From an uncultured delta proteobacterium (GTDB lineage: Bacteria; Myxococcota_A; Polyangia; Polyangiales; Polyangiaceae), in the NCBI GenBank assembly GCA_963782055.1, contig CAWAIF010000003.1, forward strand, positions 3,552,001-3,616,000: 64,000 nucleotides of DNA. The letters run 5' to 3'. The notes below the pieces were generated by a model. That model made no database searches and was not told where the DNA came from. It saw nothing but the letters and a program-made list of their open reading frames with translations. A program made the position numbers and the translations under genes. Shown here one piece after another: positions 8,139 through 18,793 of this stretch. Within the stretch, counting starts at the first letter, position 1. Each line of letters opens with the position of its first letter.

Positions 8139-9460
8139 TCCGGGGCCCTCTTCTGCTGGTGAAGCAGCTTCGCGCGGAGCTCGGGCGGGAGCTGGTTGAT
8201 CAGCTCCGGCGGCAGCTCCCCGTTGGCGCCGATGTGCGGCTTGCGCGCGGGGAGCGCGGTGGGATCCAGCCGCCGCAGTCGCCCCTCTGTCGACTCCTTG
8301 AGGGCGTCGAAGAGGTGCTCGCTCCCCGCCTTGGTCAGGTCTTCGTAGAGCTTCTTCAGGATCTCGATGGCCTTGGCCTTGTCGCCCTTGGTCTCGTAGC
8401 AGCGCGCCTCGTGGTAGCGGGCCATCTGCGAGAAGCCGAGGACGTCGCTCGCCTCCATCTGCTTGTACTGCTGCAGGGCGGCGTCCAGGTCCTTGTCCTT
8501 CTGATCCGGCTTCTGCACCGCCTCGAGCTCGTAGGCGAAGCCGAGGCCCTCCATCGCCCGGCCCTTGACCTCCGGATCGGCCATGGCGAGGGGCGAGGCG
8601 ATGACCTCGTTGAAGGCGGCCATGGCGCCCTTGGCGTCCTGCTTGTCCAGCAGCAGCGACCCCTCCCCCAGACGCGCCAGGGTCGCGGCGCCGGTGCCAG
8701 GGTAGGTGGTGGCGGTCTCGCGGTACTTGGCGAGCGCCGCGTCCTGCCGCGCCGCCACGGTGGCGAAGACCTTGATGGGCGGCTTGGGGCGCGAGTCGTC
8801 GTCGTCGTCGGGGTTGCCGATCATGCCCTGCTCGTCGGCGACGGCCTCCGAAAGCGCGGCGGACGCGGCGACGGTCTGCGAGTGCTCGTGGTACGCGTAG
8901 ACGCCCAGCCCGATGCCGCCGAGCACGATGGCCACGGCGGCGGCCTGCACCAGTCGGGTGTTGCGCTTGGCCCAGTCGCCGAAGCGCTGGGTGCGGTCGA
9001 TGATGGGATCGGCGGCCTCCACCGCCTCGGGGACGGCGCGCTTGCGCGGCTTGGCCTTGGTGCCGATCTTGGCCAGCCGGCGCGAGGCGGCGGCGTCCAG
9101 CCCGGCCTTCTTCTTCTTCTTGGGGCCGCGCTCCTTGGTGCGCCGCGCCGCGAGCTTGGCCTCTTCCTCGCGGGCGAGGCGCTCGTCGTCCTCTTCTTCG
9201 TCCCCACCCAGAGCTTCCAGACGCTTGGCGATGGCCTCGGGGGAAGCGGAGTCTTGCTCCTCCTCTTCATCCTCTTCGTCTTCGTCTTCGTCCTCGTCGC
9301 CGGACGCGCTCTCGTCCTCCCCGCTGGACTTCGCCTCGGCCTTGGCCTCGCCGGGCTCGGCGTCGCCGGGCTCGGCGTCGCCGGACTCGTCCGACTCCTC
9401 GGCCTCGGACTCGTCTTCGGGCTCTTCTTCTGCGGGCTTCTTCTTCTCGTCCTCGGACAC
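8135..9460 (-). CDS. Membrane-anchored TPR protein (YfgM-like) with long acidic N-terminal tail
   Basis: Probable GTG start at 9460 (MSEDEKKKP); D/E-rich low complexity; one TM helix; TPR-like helices (YPGTGAATLARL). Confidence 0.6.
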   Translation of the reverse strand: MSEDEKKKPAEEEPEDESEAEESDESGDAEPGDAEPGEAKAEAKSSGEDESASGDEDEDEDEEDEEEEQDSASPEAIAKRLEALGGDEEEDDERLAREEEAKLAARRTKERGPKKKKKAGLDAAASRRLAKIGTKAKPRKRAVPEAVEAADPIIDRTQRFGDWAKRNTRLVQAAAVAIVLGGIGLGVYAYHEHSQTVAASAALSEAVADEQGMIGNPDDDDDSRPKPPIKVFATVAARQDAALAKYRETATTYPGTGAATLARLGEGSLLLDKQDAKGAMAAFNEVIASPLAMADPEVKGRAMEGLGFAYELEAVQKPDQKDKDLDAALQQYKQMEASDVLGFSQMARYHEARCYETKGDKAKAIEILKKLYEDLTKAGSEHLFDALKESTEGRLRRLDPTALPARKPHIGANGELPPELINQLPPELRAKLLHQQKRAPE

Positions 9461-9521
9461 GGGCACCTCGCGACCGGCGGAGACTAGTGCAGAACCGAGG
9501 GCCAAGCCAGCGCGGCCGCGC

Positions 9522-12449
9522 TCAATCGGTCCCCGCGTCCTTGGGGGCGGGTGGGGGCAGCTCGGGGGCTCGCGGGACGACCCAGAAGCCGAGCACGCCG
9601 GAGGCCGCCGCCGCGGCCACCTCCACGGCAACGCGGCCGGCGTGGCGGTCGGGCAGGTCCGCGGTCCGCTCGGTCCCCTCACCGCCCAGCGGCACCTCGA
9701 CCCCGTCGACCTTCGCGCTCACCTTTCCCGCTCCGCCGACCAGCACGAGCAAGCGCGCCGGGCCGTCCTCGGACAGCGCGACCTTCTGCGCCACCTGACC
9801 CGGCGTGGCGCCCGCCGGCGCGGTCCAGCCGCCGTGGGCGGCGTCGAGTAGCGCGGCCTGCCGCGCCGTCGCGACCGCGCCAGCCATCGGCTCGGGCACC
9901 CCGGCGAAGCGTCGCAGCGGCTCGCGCAGCTCCTGCCGCACGCCCAGCGCGAGCAGCGCGCGCGCCTCGTGCGGGCGCGTCGTGACGTAGCGCTCCTTCG
10001 CGAACTGGGCGAGCAGCGGTCCGCTCGCCGACGCGTCGCCGATCGCCCCCAGCGCGTCCGCCAGGTAAGGGCGCAGGCGCACGTCGTCCAGCGCGCCGAC
10101 CAGCGCGGGCACGGCGGCGCGGCTCCGCACCTTCCCGAGGGCGCTCAGGATCTCCCGCTGCCGCGCGAAGGACACCTGCTTGTCCCCGAGCCACGCCGCC
10201 AGGTCCGCCGCGCCGCGGTCGTCGCCCTGCTCTGCGAACGCGAGCCCCGCACGCCGCCGCCACGCCGGGTCGGGGTCCTTCGCCAGCGCCTGCGCCTCCG
10301 GCGACGCCGGCTGCCCGACGCGCAACAGGGCGAGCGCGCACCAGCGACGGACGTCGGCGTCCTCGTCCTTCTGCAGGGCGCGCCGCAGCGAGGGCGCGAC
10401 GTCGGCGGAGCGCAGGTCGTAGAGCGCGGCCGCCGCCTTGCGACGCACCTTCACGTCGGCGTCGTCCAGCAGGCCCGCGGTGTCGGGCGCGGCGGTCACG
10501 TCGCCCTGCATCGCCCGGCGCAGCGCCTCCGGCAGCCCGGAGGTCCCCTGCCCCTCCAGCTTCCCCTGCTCGCTGATGAGCGTGTCCAGCTCGGCGTGCA
10601 TGCGACGCGTGTCGGCCGCTCGGTCGCGCGCGATGTCGTGCCGCTCGTGCGGATCGGTGGCGATGTCGTAGAGCGCGCACGCCCCCAGGTGCTTCTGGCA
10701 CACCAGCCGCAGGCTCCGCTCGGCGAGCAGGGCGTAGTCGTCGGTCTCCGCCAGGGCGAGGCCGGCGTCGTCCGGGGCGTCCTTGCCGGCCAGCAGCGGT
10801 CCCAGATCGCGGCCGCGCACGCGGGCAGGTCGCGGGATGCCGAGCGCCGAGAGGGTCGTCGGGAAGAGGTCGATGGTCTGCACCGGTGTCGCGACGCGCG
10901 CGGGCCGCACGCCCGGGCCGACCACCACCAGCGGCACCCGCACCTGCTCCTCGTAGACCGAGCTGCCGTGGTAGCGCCCGCCGTGATCGCCGAACTCCTC
11001 GCCGTGATCGGCCGTGACGATGACCACCACGCGCGGGCGCGCCTTGCGCACCATGCCGACGATGGCGCCGATGCCGTCGTCGGCCTCGGCGATCTCGCCG
11101 TCGTAGCGGTCCAGATCGCTCTGGCCGTCGCCGAAGCGGTGGTCGGAGTGGGCGACGTAGGGCTCGTGCGGCTCGAAGAAGTGCACCCAGAGAAAGAGCG
11201 GCGTCCCCGGCGCGGCGTGCGCCAGGTAGTCGCGCATCTGCGCCTCACGCAGCGCGGGGCCGGCGAACTCCTCCTTGCGGTACTCGAAGTCCAGCCCTCG
11301 GTCGCGGAAGGCGGTGAAGCGATCAGGGTCGATGAAGAAGACGGCGGGCGGGTAGAAGGCGGCCGTCCGGTAGCCGTAGCGGCGCGACGCCGCCGCCCAG
11401 GTCTCCGAGTCCTCCCCCAGGCCGAGGGTGAGCAGCGGCCGCATGTACTTGCCGGTCATCAGCGAGGTCACCGAGTACGACGTGTGCGGCGTCGGGCAGT
11501 AGGCGTGCTCGAAGAGCGCGCCCTCGCGCGCCAGGGCGTCGAGGTGCGGAGTCGTCGGGCGGCCGTAGCCGTAGGCGCCGACGTGATCGGCCCGCAGCGC
11601 GTCCACCGTGATGAGCAGCACGTCGCGGCCGCCCCAGTCCAGCGCGCGCGGCACCTCGCCGGGCATCGCCACCTTCACCGTCGCCTCCGGCGGCGGCGGC
11701 GCGATCCACGATGCCAGGCGCACCCCCCTGCCCTCCCACGGCGCGTGCTCGACCAGCAGCAGGCGCATGTTGTCGTAGCTCTGGAGGCTGTGGGCGCCGA
11801 GCGGCCCGAGGACCACGCCCAGCGCCGCGAAGCCGATGGACACCCAGACACCGCGGCCGAGCTGCGGGGCGATCGCCAGGCCGGCGAGCGACCACGCGAG
11901 CCAGGAGGTGGCGAAGAGGCCGGCGTGGAAGGCCGGGTAGAGGCGCGGCAGCACCGCGGCGTCCGCCCAGATGAGCGCCGCCCCGAGCGCCGCCATGAGC
12001 GCGGCGAGCACCCAGGGCCGGGCGCGCGCGCGGGCGACGAGCGCCGGGAGGCCGAGCGCGAGCACCGCCGCGCCGGCCGCGCCGGCGGCCACCACGAAGG
12101 GCGCGCGCAGCGCCCAGGAGGCGAAGTGGCGGCCGAAGGTGACGCCGTAGCCCTGGGCGAGCCCCGCGGCGCCGCCGGCCGCGGCCAGCGCGCGCCGCGA
12201 CGCCGGGGAGGGCGCGAGCGACGCGCGCCACGCGAGCACCGCGAGCGGAGACGCCGCGAGCATCACCGCGGCCAGCATGGGCATGACGAAGATGCGGTCG
12301 GGCGTGAGCTCCCAGAAGCCGGTGAACTGCGGGCGGAAGCGCAGGCCCACCGCCGCATGCTCCAGCAGCAGGCCGGCGATGCAGCCGGTCAGGGCCGCGC
12401 CGGCGTCCCGCGCGAAGCGCGAGAACCTGCCGTCGTCCCGTGCGCCCAA
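9522..12449 (-). CDS. Membrane-anchored sulfatase-like hydrolase/transferase with C-terminal HEAT repeats
   Basis: Multi-TM N-terminus; LITVDALRADH, TPHLDALA, WVHFFEPHEPY, YDGEI, TADHGEEFGDHG; DADVKVRRKAA HEAT-like repeats. Confidence 0.75.
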   Translation of the reverse strand: MGARDDGRFSRFARDAGAALTGCIAGLLLEHAAVGLRFRPQFTGFWELTPDRIFVMPMLAAVMLAASPLAVLAWRASLAPSPASRRALAAAGGAAGLAQGYGVTFGRHFASWALRAPFVVAAGAAGAAVLALGLPALVARARARPWVLAALMAALGAALIWADAAVLPRLYPAFHAGLFATSWLAWSLAGLAIAPQLGRGVWVSIGFAALGVVLGPLGAHSLQSYDNMRLLLVEHAPWEGRGVRLASWIAPPPPEATVKVAMPGEVPRALDWGGRDVLLITVDALRADHVGAYGYGRPTTPHLDALAREGALFEHAYCPTPHTSYSVTSLMTGKYMRPLLTLGLGEDSETWAAASRRYGYRTAAFYPPAVFFIDPDRFTAFRDRGLDFEYRKEEFAGPALREAQMRDYLAHAAPGTPLFLWVHFFEPHEPYVAHSDHRFGDGQSDLDRYDGEIAEADDGIGAIVGMVRKARPRVVVIVTADHGEEFGDHGGRYHGSSVYEEQVRVPLVVVGPGVRPARVATPVQTIDLFPTTLSALGIPRPARVRGRDLGPLLAGKDAPDDAGLALAETDDYALLAERSLRLVCQKHLGACALYDIATDPHERHDIARDRAADTRRMHAELDTLISEQGKLEGQGTSGLPEALRRAMQGDVTAAPDTAGLLDDADVKVRRKAAAALYDLRSADVAPSLRRALQKDEDADVRRWCALALLRVGQPASPEAQALAKDPDPAWRRRAGLAFAEQGDDRGAADLAAWLGDKQVSFARQREILSALGKVRSRAAVPALVGALDDVRLRPYLADALGAIGDASASGPLLAQFAKERYVTTRPHEARALLALGVRQELREPLRRFAGVPEPMAGAVATARQAALLDAAHGGWTAPAGATPGQVAQKVALSEDGPARLLVLVGGAGKVSAKVDGVEVPLGGEGTERTADLPDRHAGRVAVEVAAAAASGVLGFWVVPRAPELPPPAPKDAGTD

Positions 12450-12455
12450 GTGCTC

Positions 12456-13310
12456 TCAGATGACGATGTGCTTGAGCTTCATCTGCACGTCGCTCGACCA
12501 GTGGTTCTTGAACGCGCGCACGCATGTCGAGAGGTACCGGTCGTACTCGCCGAAGACCTTGTCGCCCCACTTGGCGCGGATCTCCGGCTCGTGCAGCTTC
12601 ATGCGGCGCAGCCACTCGCCTGTCGTCTTGCCGTAGTGCACGCGGCGCGTCTTGAGCTCCAGGATCTCCCACGACGGGTTGACCGCCATGACGAGCTCCT
12701 CCAGGCGCGGGTTGAGGCCGCCGGGGAAGATGACGTCGGCGGTGAACTTGAGGTCGGCGATGTCCTCGCGCGTGCGCGGCACGCGGTTGCGCAGGATCGC
12801 CTGGAAGCCGAAGGTGCCGCCGGGCTTGATCCACTCGGCGACGCGGTTGAAGTACTTGCGGTACAGGTCCACCGCCATGCCCTTGTTCGCCTGCGCGGGC
12901 GAGCAGAGGTGGTCGATCATCTCGATGGAGACCAGGCCGTCGTACTTCTGCGCGGGCGCGTAGTCCTTGTAGTCGGTGCACCAGACCTTCACGCCGGGGA
13001 GCTTGCGGGCGTTGATCTCCTCGGTCTGCGCGGTCGACAGCGTGATGCCGTGCGCGTCCTTGATGCCGCGGCGGGCGATGTACTCCAGGTTCGCCCCCCA
13101 GCCGCACCCGATGTCCAGCACCGTCTTGTCCGGCCCGAGCTCGGCGTACTCGTACAGCACGCGGCTCTTGTTCTCCTGCGCCTGCTCCAGCGTGTCCGTC
13201 TCCTTCTCGAAGACGGCGCACGTGTAGTGCATGCGCTCGTCCAGCCAGAGGCGGAAGAACTCGTTGGAGACGTCGTAGGCGACCTCAATCTCTTCTTTGG
13301 TGGAAGTCAC
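12456..13310 (-). CDS. Cyclopropane-fatty-acid/mycolic-acid synthase-type SAM-dependent methyltransferase
   Basis: YDVSNEFFRLWLDERMHYTCA, LEQAQENK, LDIGCGWG, ITLS, SIEM, IFPGG, HYGKT; GTG start at 13310. Confidence 0.8.
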   Translation of the reverse strand: MTSTKEEIEVAYDVSNEFFRLWLDERMHYTCAVFEKETDTLEQAQENKSRVLYEYAELGPDKTVLDIGCGWGANLEYIARRGIKDAHGITLSTAQTEEINARKLPGVKVWCTDYKDYAPAQKYDGLVSIEMIDHLCSPAQANKGMAVDLYRKYFNRVAEWIKPGGTFGFQAILRNRVPRTREDIADLKFTADVIFPGGLNPRLEELVMAVNPSWEILELKTRRVHYGKTTGEWLRRMKLHEPEIRAKWGDKVFGEYDRYLSTCVRAFKNHWSSDVQMKLKHIVI

Positions 13311-13434
13311 GGCAAATCCCTCGAAAGGGGAGCTTACTACACCACTTTCGGCCGGGCGAAACCCCCTTGCCGTGCGTACGTGTCTACGCAGAAGCATGAG
13401 CTTGCGGCCGCGATCGTCGCGCCGGTCGGGACGT

Positions 13435-13908
13435 CTAGCCGAACTCCACCTCGAGGACCTCGTACACCCGTTCCCCGCCGGGCATCCGGACCTTCACCTC
13501 GTCGCCTACTTCCTTTCCCAGGAGCGAGCGCGCCAGCGGGCTGGAGATGCTGATGCTGCCCTTCTCCAGGTTGGCCTCGTCCGCGCCCACGATGCGGTAG
13601 GTGACCTCCTCGTCGGTCTTGGCGTTGGAGAGCTTCACCCTCGCCCCGAACATGACGCGCGAGCCGGAGAGCTTGGACGGGTCGATCACCTCGGCGGTGG
13701 CGAGCTTCGCCTCCAGCTCCTTGATCCGGCCCTCGATGAAGGACTGCTTGTCGCGCGCCGCGTGGTACTCGGCGTTCTCCTTGAGGTCGCCGTGCTCGCG
13801 GGCCACTGCGATGGCCTGGATCACCGCGGGGCGCTCCACGCTCCGCAGATTGTTCAGCTCCTCGCGCATCCGGGTGTTGCCTTCCGGCGTCATCGGGTTC
13901 TTGTCCAT
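13435..13908 (-). CDS. greA: Transcription elongation factor GreA
   Basis: [50 protein letters not shown]. Confidence 0.95.
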   Translation of the reverse strand: MDKNPMTPEGNTRMREELNNLRSVERPAVIQAIAVAREHGDLKENAEYHAARDKQSFIEGRIKELEAKLATAEVIDPSKLSGSRVMFGARVKLSNAKTDEEVTYRIVGADEANLEKGSISISSPLARSLLGKEVGDEVKVRMPGGERVYEVLEVEFG

Positions 13909-13960
13909 GGCAGATAGCGGTTCTACCACCGGCCCCCCTTCTCCATCTAGGCTGGGCTCC

Positions 13961-14248
13961 ATGAGCGTCGCCGGAGGTCGCCCCGCGCACGGACTGCGTC
14001 TACGCCTGGAGCGCGCCGGCGCCGGCGAACCCCTGCGCTACGAGGGCGTGGCGTCCACCGCGCAGCGGGACTTCGCGCTGCAAATCACGGTGGAGGCCTC
14101 CGGTGCGGTCGCCGTCACGACCGAGGAGGGGGCGCCGGCCGACCTCGCCGAGAAGGCGCGGCTCATCGTCCGCGCGGCCCTGCGCCACGCCCAGGCCGAG
14201 GGCCTGGGCCCGCCGCGGCGCATCCAGCGCTGGCGCGGCGAGAAATGA
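13961..14248 (+). CDS. Hypothetical protein (95 aa)
   Basis: ATG at 13961, divergent from greA, directly upstream of bamD; ends [12 protein letters not shown]. Confidence 0.5.
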   Translation: MSVAGGRPAHGLRLRLERAGAGEPLRYEGVASTAQRDFALQITVEASGAVAVTTEEGAPADLAEKARLIVRAALRHAQAEGLGPPRRIQRWRGEK

Positions 14249-14303
14249 CCGCCGACCTCGGACTTGCTCGGGCACGGGCACCGCGGTACCAAGCGATCGC
14301 CTC

Positions 14304-15152
14304 ATGCGCCTCGCCCTCCTCGCCCTGGTCCCCGGCCTGACGTTCGCCCTCGCGGCGTGCGAGGGGCCGCCCGTCCGCTCTCCCACGCTGAGCTACACCG
14401 CGGACGCCCGGCGCGCCTACCAGGAGGCGATGAAGGACTTCGACGCCCACGACTGGATCGAGGCGCAGGAGCTGATGCGCGAGGTGAAGCGCAAGTACAG
14501 CTACACCCGGTACGCGCGCCTCGCCGAGCTGCGCATCGCCGACGCCGACTTCGAGCAGGAGAAGTTCGCGGACGCGCTGCGCGAGTACAAGCAGTTCATC
14601 CACGACCACCGCTCCGACAACGACGAGGTGGAGTACGCGCAGTCCCGCGTGGCGGAGACGCAGTACCGGGAGATCTCCGACTCCATCCTGCTGCCCGCCT
14701 CGGAGGAGCGTGATCAGTCCACGGTGCAGGACGCCTACAAGGACATCATGAGCTTCCTGAAGGACTACCCGTCCGGCAAGGAGACGCCGCACATCTGCGC
14801 GCTGCTCGACGACGTCGTGGCGCGCCTGGTCAAGCACGAGATCTACGTCGCCCGCTACTACCTCGCGCGGGACAACTTCGACGCGACGGTGGCGCGCCTG
14901 CAGTACGCGATGCGCAACTTCGCCGGGAGCGACGTGTGTGGCCCCGGCGTCCGCGAGAAGACCTCCGCCGACAACCCCTACGGCCTCATCCCCGACACCC
15001 TCCTCCTGCTCGGCGAGACGTACCTGCGCATGCACCGCTACGACGACGCGCGCACCGCCTTCGACGCCATCCTGCACCGCTACCCGGAGAGCGCGCTCGG
15101 CACGCAGGCCCGCCGGTACCTGGACCTGCTGCAGCACGAGAAGCCCGGGTGA
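14304..15152 (+). CDS. bamD: Outer membrane protein assembly lipoprotein BamD
   Basis: LAAC lipobox; KYSYTRYARLAELRIAD, ERDQS, HEIYVARYY TPR pattern typical of BamD. Confidence 0.8.
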   Translation: MRLALLALVPGLTFALAACEGPPVRSPTLSYTADARRAYQEAMKDFDAHDWIEAQELMREVKRKYSYTRYARLAELRIADADFEQEKFADALREYKQFIHDHRSDNDEVEYAQSRVAETQYREISDSILLPASEERDQSTVQDAYKDIMSFLKDYPSGKETPHICALLDDVVARLVKHEIYVARYYLARDNFDATVARLQYAMRNFAGSDVCGPGVREKTSADNPYGLIPDTLLLLGETYLRMHRYDDARTAFDAILHRYPESALGTQARRYLDLLQHEKPG

Positions 15153-15156
15153 GGCC

Positions 15157-16635
15157 GTGACCAGCGCGCCGCCGATCGAGGCCCCCGCGGCCAAGACGGT
15201 CCTCGTCGTGGACGACGAGAAGAACATCCGGCGCACCCTGCAGCTCGTGCTGGAGGGTGAGGGCTACCACGTCCTCGCCGCCGAGACGGCCGGCCAGGCG
15301 CTCGCGGTGCTCGCCAACCCCGCCCTGCCGGTGGACCTGGCCATCGTCGACGTGAAGCTCCCCGACGGCAGCGGCCTGGACGTGCTCGAGCGCACCCGCA
15401 AGGACGAGGCCACGCGGGAGATGCCCATCATCGTGATCAGCGGGCACGCCACGGTGGAGGACGCGGTGCTCGCCATCAAGCTGGGCGCCAGCGACTTCTT
15501 CGAGAAGCCCCTCGCCCGCGAGCGTGTGCTCGTCAGCGTGCGCAACGTGCTGGAGACGGCGCAGGCCCGCCGCGCCCTCGCCGAGGCCATCCGCCAGGAC
15601 CTCGAGCGCTACGAGATGATCGGCAAGAGCCCGGCGATGCAGCGGCTCTTTCACGAGATCGAGAAGGTCGCCCCCACGCGCGCCAGCGTGCTCATCACCG
15701 GGGAGAGCGGCACCGGCAAGGAGCTCATCTCCCGCGCCATCCACCGCCTCAGTCCCCGCAACGGCGGCCCCTTCGTGAAGGTCAACTGCGCGGCCATCCC
15801 GCGCGAGCTGATCGAGAGCGAGCTGTTCGGCCACGAGAAGGGCTCCTTCACCGGCGCGCAGACGCGCAAGCGCGGCTTCTTCGAGCAGGCGCACGGCGGC
15901 ACGCTCTTCCTGGACGAGATCGGCGACATGGACCTGGTGGCGCAGGCCAAGGTGCTGCGCGCGCTGCAGTCGGGCGAGGTCTCCCGTGTGGGCAGCGAGC
16001 ACGTGATGCACGTCGACGTGCGCGTGCTCGCCGCGACGAACAAGGACCTCTCGCGGGAGGTGGAGCGGCAGGCCTTCCGCGAGGACCTCTACTTCCGCCT
16101 GAACGTCTTCCCCCTGCGCAGTCCGGCGCTGCGCGAGCGCGTGGAGGACATCCCGCTGCTCGCCGAGTCCTTCATGCACGCCTTCTCCCGGGAGAACGGC
16201 ACGAAGCCCAAGCCGATAGACCCCGGCGTCATCGCGGCGCTCGTCGTGCGCAAGTGGCCGGGCAACGTGCGCGAGCTGAAGAACGTGGTGGAGCGGATGG
16301 CCATCCTGAGCGGCGACCGCGTCACCATCGCCGACCTGCCGGAGGACCCGCACGAGAGCCCCTTCGACGAGGACCCGGCGGAGGCCTCGCCGTCGGACCC
16401 GCCCGCGGCGGACGCGGGGTCGGAGGCGGACGAGCCGCGCACAGCGCCGCCTCCCCCGCCGGCGAACTACCTCTCGCTGCGCGAGTTCCGCGAGCAGTCG
16501 GAGCGCGGGTACATCGTCGAGACGCTCAAGCTGACGGGCTGGAACATCTCGCGCACCGCCGTGCTGCTCGGCGTCGAGCGCACCAACCTGCACAAGAAGA
16601 TCCGCGCCTACGCCATCAAGCGCGGCGAGGGGTAG
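15157..16635 (+). CDS. Sigma54-dependent response regulator (NtrX/NtrC family)
   Basis: Receiver domain VLVVDDE...[46 protein letters not shown]; Fis-type HTH. Confidence 0.9.
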   Translation: MTSAPPIEAPAAKTVLVVDDEKNIRRTLQLVLEGEGYHVLAAETAGQALAVLANPALPVDLAIVDVKLPDGSGLDVLERTRKDEATREMPIIVISGHATVEDAVLAIKLGASDFFEKPLARERVLVSVRNVLETAQARRALAEAIRQDLERYEMIGKSPAMQRLFHEIEKVAPTRASVLITGESGTGKELISRAIHRLSPRNGGPFVKVNCAAIPRELIESELFGHEKGSFTGAQTRKRGFFEQAHGGTLFLDEIGDMDLVAQAKVLRALQSGEVSRVGSEHVMHVDVRVLAATNKDLSREVERQAFREDLYFRLNVFPLRSPALRERVEDIPLLAESFMHAFSRENGTKPKPIDPGVIAALVVRKWPGNVRELKNVVERMAILSGDRVTIADLPEDPHESPFDEDPAEASPSDPPAADAGSEADEPRTAPPPPPANYLSLREFREQSERGYIVETLKLTGWNISRTAVLLGVERTNLHKKIRAYAIKRGEG

Positions 16636-16720
16636 CGGTGCCCAGCGGCGCGAGCCGCGCGGCGGCGCCCTTCCCCATCTTCCTCGACCGGCTGGCCCCT
16701 CTGCGGACCCCCACATCCTC

Positions 16721-17173
16721 TCAGTGCCGGCCGGTGGAGCCGTAGCCGCCGCGGCCGCGCGGGGTCGGCTCCAGATCCGTCACCAGGGTGAGCTCCGCGC
16801 GCGCGACCGGCGCGATGACGAGCTGGGCGATGCGCTCCAGCGGGGCGATCGTCACCGCGGAGTCGCCCAGGTTGACCAGCACCACCTGCACCTCCCCGCG
16901 GTAATCGGAGTCGATGGTGCCGGGGGCATTCAGGACGGTCACGCCCGACCTGGCCGCGAGGCCGGAGCGCGGGCGGACCTGCCCCTCGTACTGCGGCGGG
17001 ATCGCCATCGCGAGGCCGGTGGGCACCAGCGCCCGCGCGTGCGGCAGCAGCAGCAGCGGCTCGCCGAGGGCGGCGTGCAGGTCCATGCCTGCGGCGCCAT
17101 CGCTCTGGTAGCGCGGCAGCGGCACCTGCACCGAGCCGACGCGGACCACCGCAATGCACACGTCCGGGACCAC
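16721..17173 (-). CDS. dut: dUTP diphosphatase
   Basis: [42 protein letters not shown]. Confidence 0.95.
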   Translation of the reverse strand: MVPDVCIAVVRVGSVQVPLPRYQSDGAAGMDLHAALGEPLLLLPHARALVPTGLAMAIPPQYEGQVRPRSGLAARSGVTVLNAPGTIDSDYRGEVQVVLVNLGDSAVTIAPLERIAQLVIAPVARAELTLVTDLEPTPRGRGGYGSTGRH

Positions 17174-17274
17174 GAGGAATCCCTACCACAATCCCCGGGG
17201 AGACCAAGAAAAGGGCGGAGTTTGCCTTAGCAAACTCGCCTTGGCGCGCCCGGGGTCTGTTACCATGAGGAGAG

Positions 17275-18792
17275 GTGACTTCTCCCTCCGACACGACCGG
17301 GCCCGTCCGCGTCATCGGCCGCTACGCCCTGTACGGCGAGATTGCGGCTGGCGGGATGGCCACCGTCCATTACGGGCGCCTGCTCGGCCCGGTCGGCTTC
17401 TCCCGGACCGTGGCGATCAAGCGGCTGCACCCGCAGTTCGCGAAGGACCCCGAGTTCGTCTCCATGTTCCTCGACGAGGCTCGCCTCGCCGCGCGCATCC
17501 GCCACCCCAACGTCGTGCCCACGCTCGATGTCGTCGCCGCCCAGGGCGAGCTCTTCCTGGTGATGGAGTACGTCCAGGGCGAGTCGCTCTCCCGCCTCAT
17601 CCGGTCCGCGCGCGAGCGCTCGCAGCACATCCCCGTACGCATCGTGGCGAGCGCCATGTGCGGCGCCCTCCATGGCCTGCACGCCGCCCACGAGGCGAAG
17701 AACGAGCGCGGCGAGGCGCTCGACATCGTCCACCGCGATATCTCCCCGCAGAACGTCCTGGTCGGCACCGACGGCATCGCCCGCGTCCTGGACTTCGGCG
17801 TGGCGAAGGCGGCCGGCCGCCTCCAGACCACGCGCGAGGGGCAGCTCAAGGGCAAGCTCGCGTACATGGCGCCGGAGCAGATCCAGGGCTCGGTCACGCG
17901 CCAGACGGACGTCTACGCCGCCGCCGTCGTGCTCTGGGAGGCGCTCGCGGGCAAGCGCCTCTTCAAGGGCGAGAACGAGGCGCACATCCTGTCCAAGGTG
18001 CTCGCCGGCACGGCCGAGCCCGCGAGCGTCCACAACCCGGAGGTGTCCCCGGAGCTCGATGAGGTGGTTCGCAAGGGCCTCGCCCGCGAGCCGGCGAGCC
18101 GCTACGCGACCGCGCGCGACTTCGCGGTCGCCCTCGAGAAGTGCGTGGGCCTCGCCTCCCCCACGGAGGTGGGCGAGTGGGTGGAGGCGGCCGCGCACGT
18201 CACGCTGGCGGAGCGCGCCGGGCGCATCGCCGAGATCGAGAGCATCTCCACGCTCAGCCAGCCCCTGGCGGCGATGCAGGGCAGCATCGCCGCCACCTCG
18301 GCGGCGACGCTGGCCGACCCGCCGGTCTCGCAGGCGTCCAGCATCTCGGTGTCCAGCGCCGCGGCGGTGCCGCAGCGGATGCCCCGGTGGATCGTCGCGG
18401 TCGCCGTCGCCGCCGTGGTGATGCTCGTCGGCTCGCTGGCGATCGTAGTCGGCGTGGCGCGCGCGCCCGCTCCGGGGGCAGCCCCGGAGGAGTCCATCGT
18501 GGCGCCGAAGGACTCCGTCGCCCCGACGCTCGACTCCACGGCGGCGGCGACGGCGAGCGCAGCTCCCTCCGCCTCGAGCATCGCGGCGCCCCCCACCACC
18601 GCTTCCGCCACCGAGAGCGAAAGCGCCAGCGCCACCACCAAGCCACCGCCGGTCAAGCGGACGGTCCACACGACGACGCACAAGACGAACCCCGCGCCCG
18701 CCCCGACGACCACCACCAAGAAGCGCAACTGCGACCCGCCCTTCACCCTCGACGCGGCGGGCCACAAGCAGTGGAAGATGGAGTGCCTCTGA
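17275..18792 (+). CDS. Membrane Ser/Thr protein kinase
   Basis: GGMATV, VAIK, HRDISPQN, DFGVAK, GKLAYMAPEQ; TM helix; C-terminal CDPPF..KMECL. Confidence 0.9.
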   Translation: MTSPSDTTGPVRVIGRYALYGEIAAGGMATVHYGRLLGPVGFSRTVAIKRLHPQFAKDPEFVSMFLDEARLAARIRHPNVVPTLDVVAAQGELFLVMEYVQGESLSRLIRSARERSQHIPVRIVASAMCGALHGLHAAHEAKNERGEALDIVHRDISPQNVLVGTDGIARVLDFGVAKAAGRLQTTREGQLKGKLAYMAPEQIQGSVTRQTDVYAAAVVLWEALAGKRLFKGENEAHILSKVLAGTAEPASVHNPEVSPELDEVVRKGLAREPASRYATARDFAVALEKCVGLASPTEVGEWVEAAAHVTLAERAGRIAEIESISTLSQPLAAMQGSIAATSAATLADPPVSQASSISVSSAAAVPQRMPRWIVAVAVAAVVMLVGSLAIVVGVARAPAPGAAPEESIVAPKDSVAPTLDSTAAATASAAPSASSIAAPPTTASATESESASATTKPPPVKRTVHTTTHKTNPAPAPTTTTKKRNCDPPFTLDAAGHKQWKMECL

Positions 18793-18793
18793 G

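Noticed and set aside
9350..9385. 15-bp tandem repeat GCCGGGCTCGGCGTC
   Set aside because: Encodes low-complexity DAEPG repeats in an acidic protein tail; not a CRISPR or regulatory array
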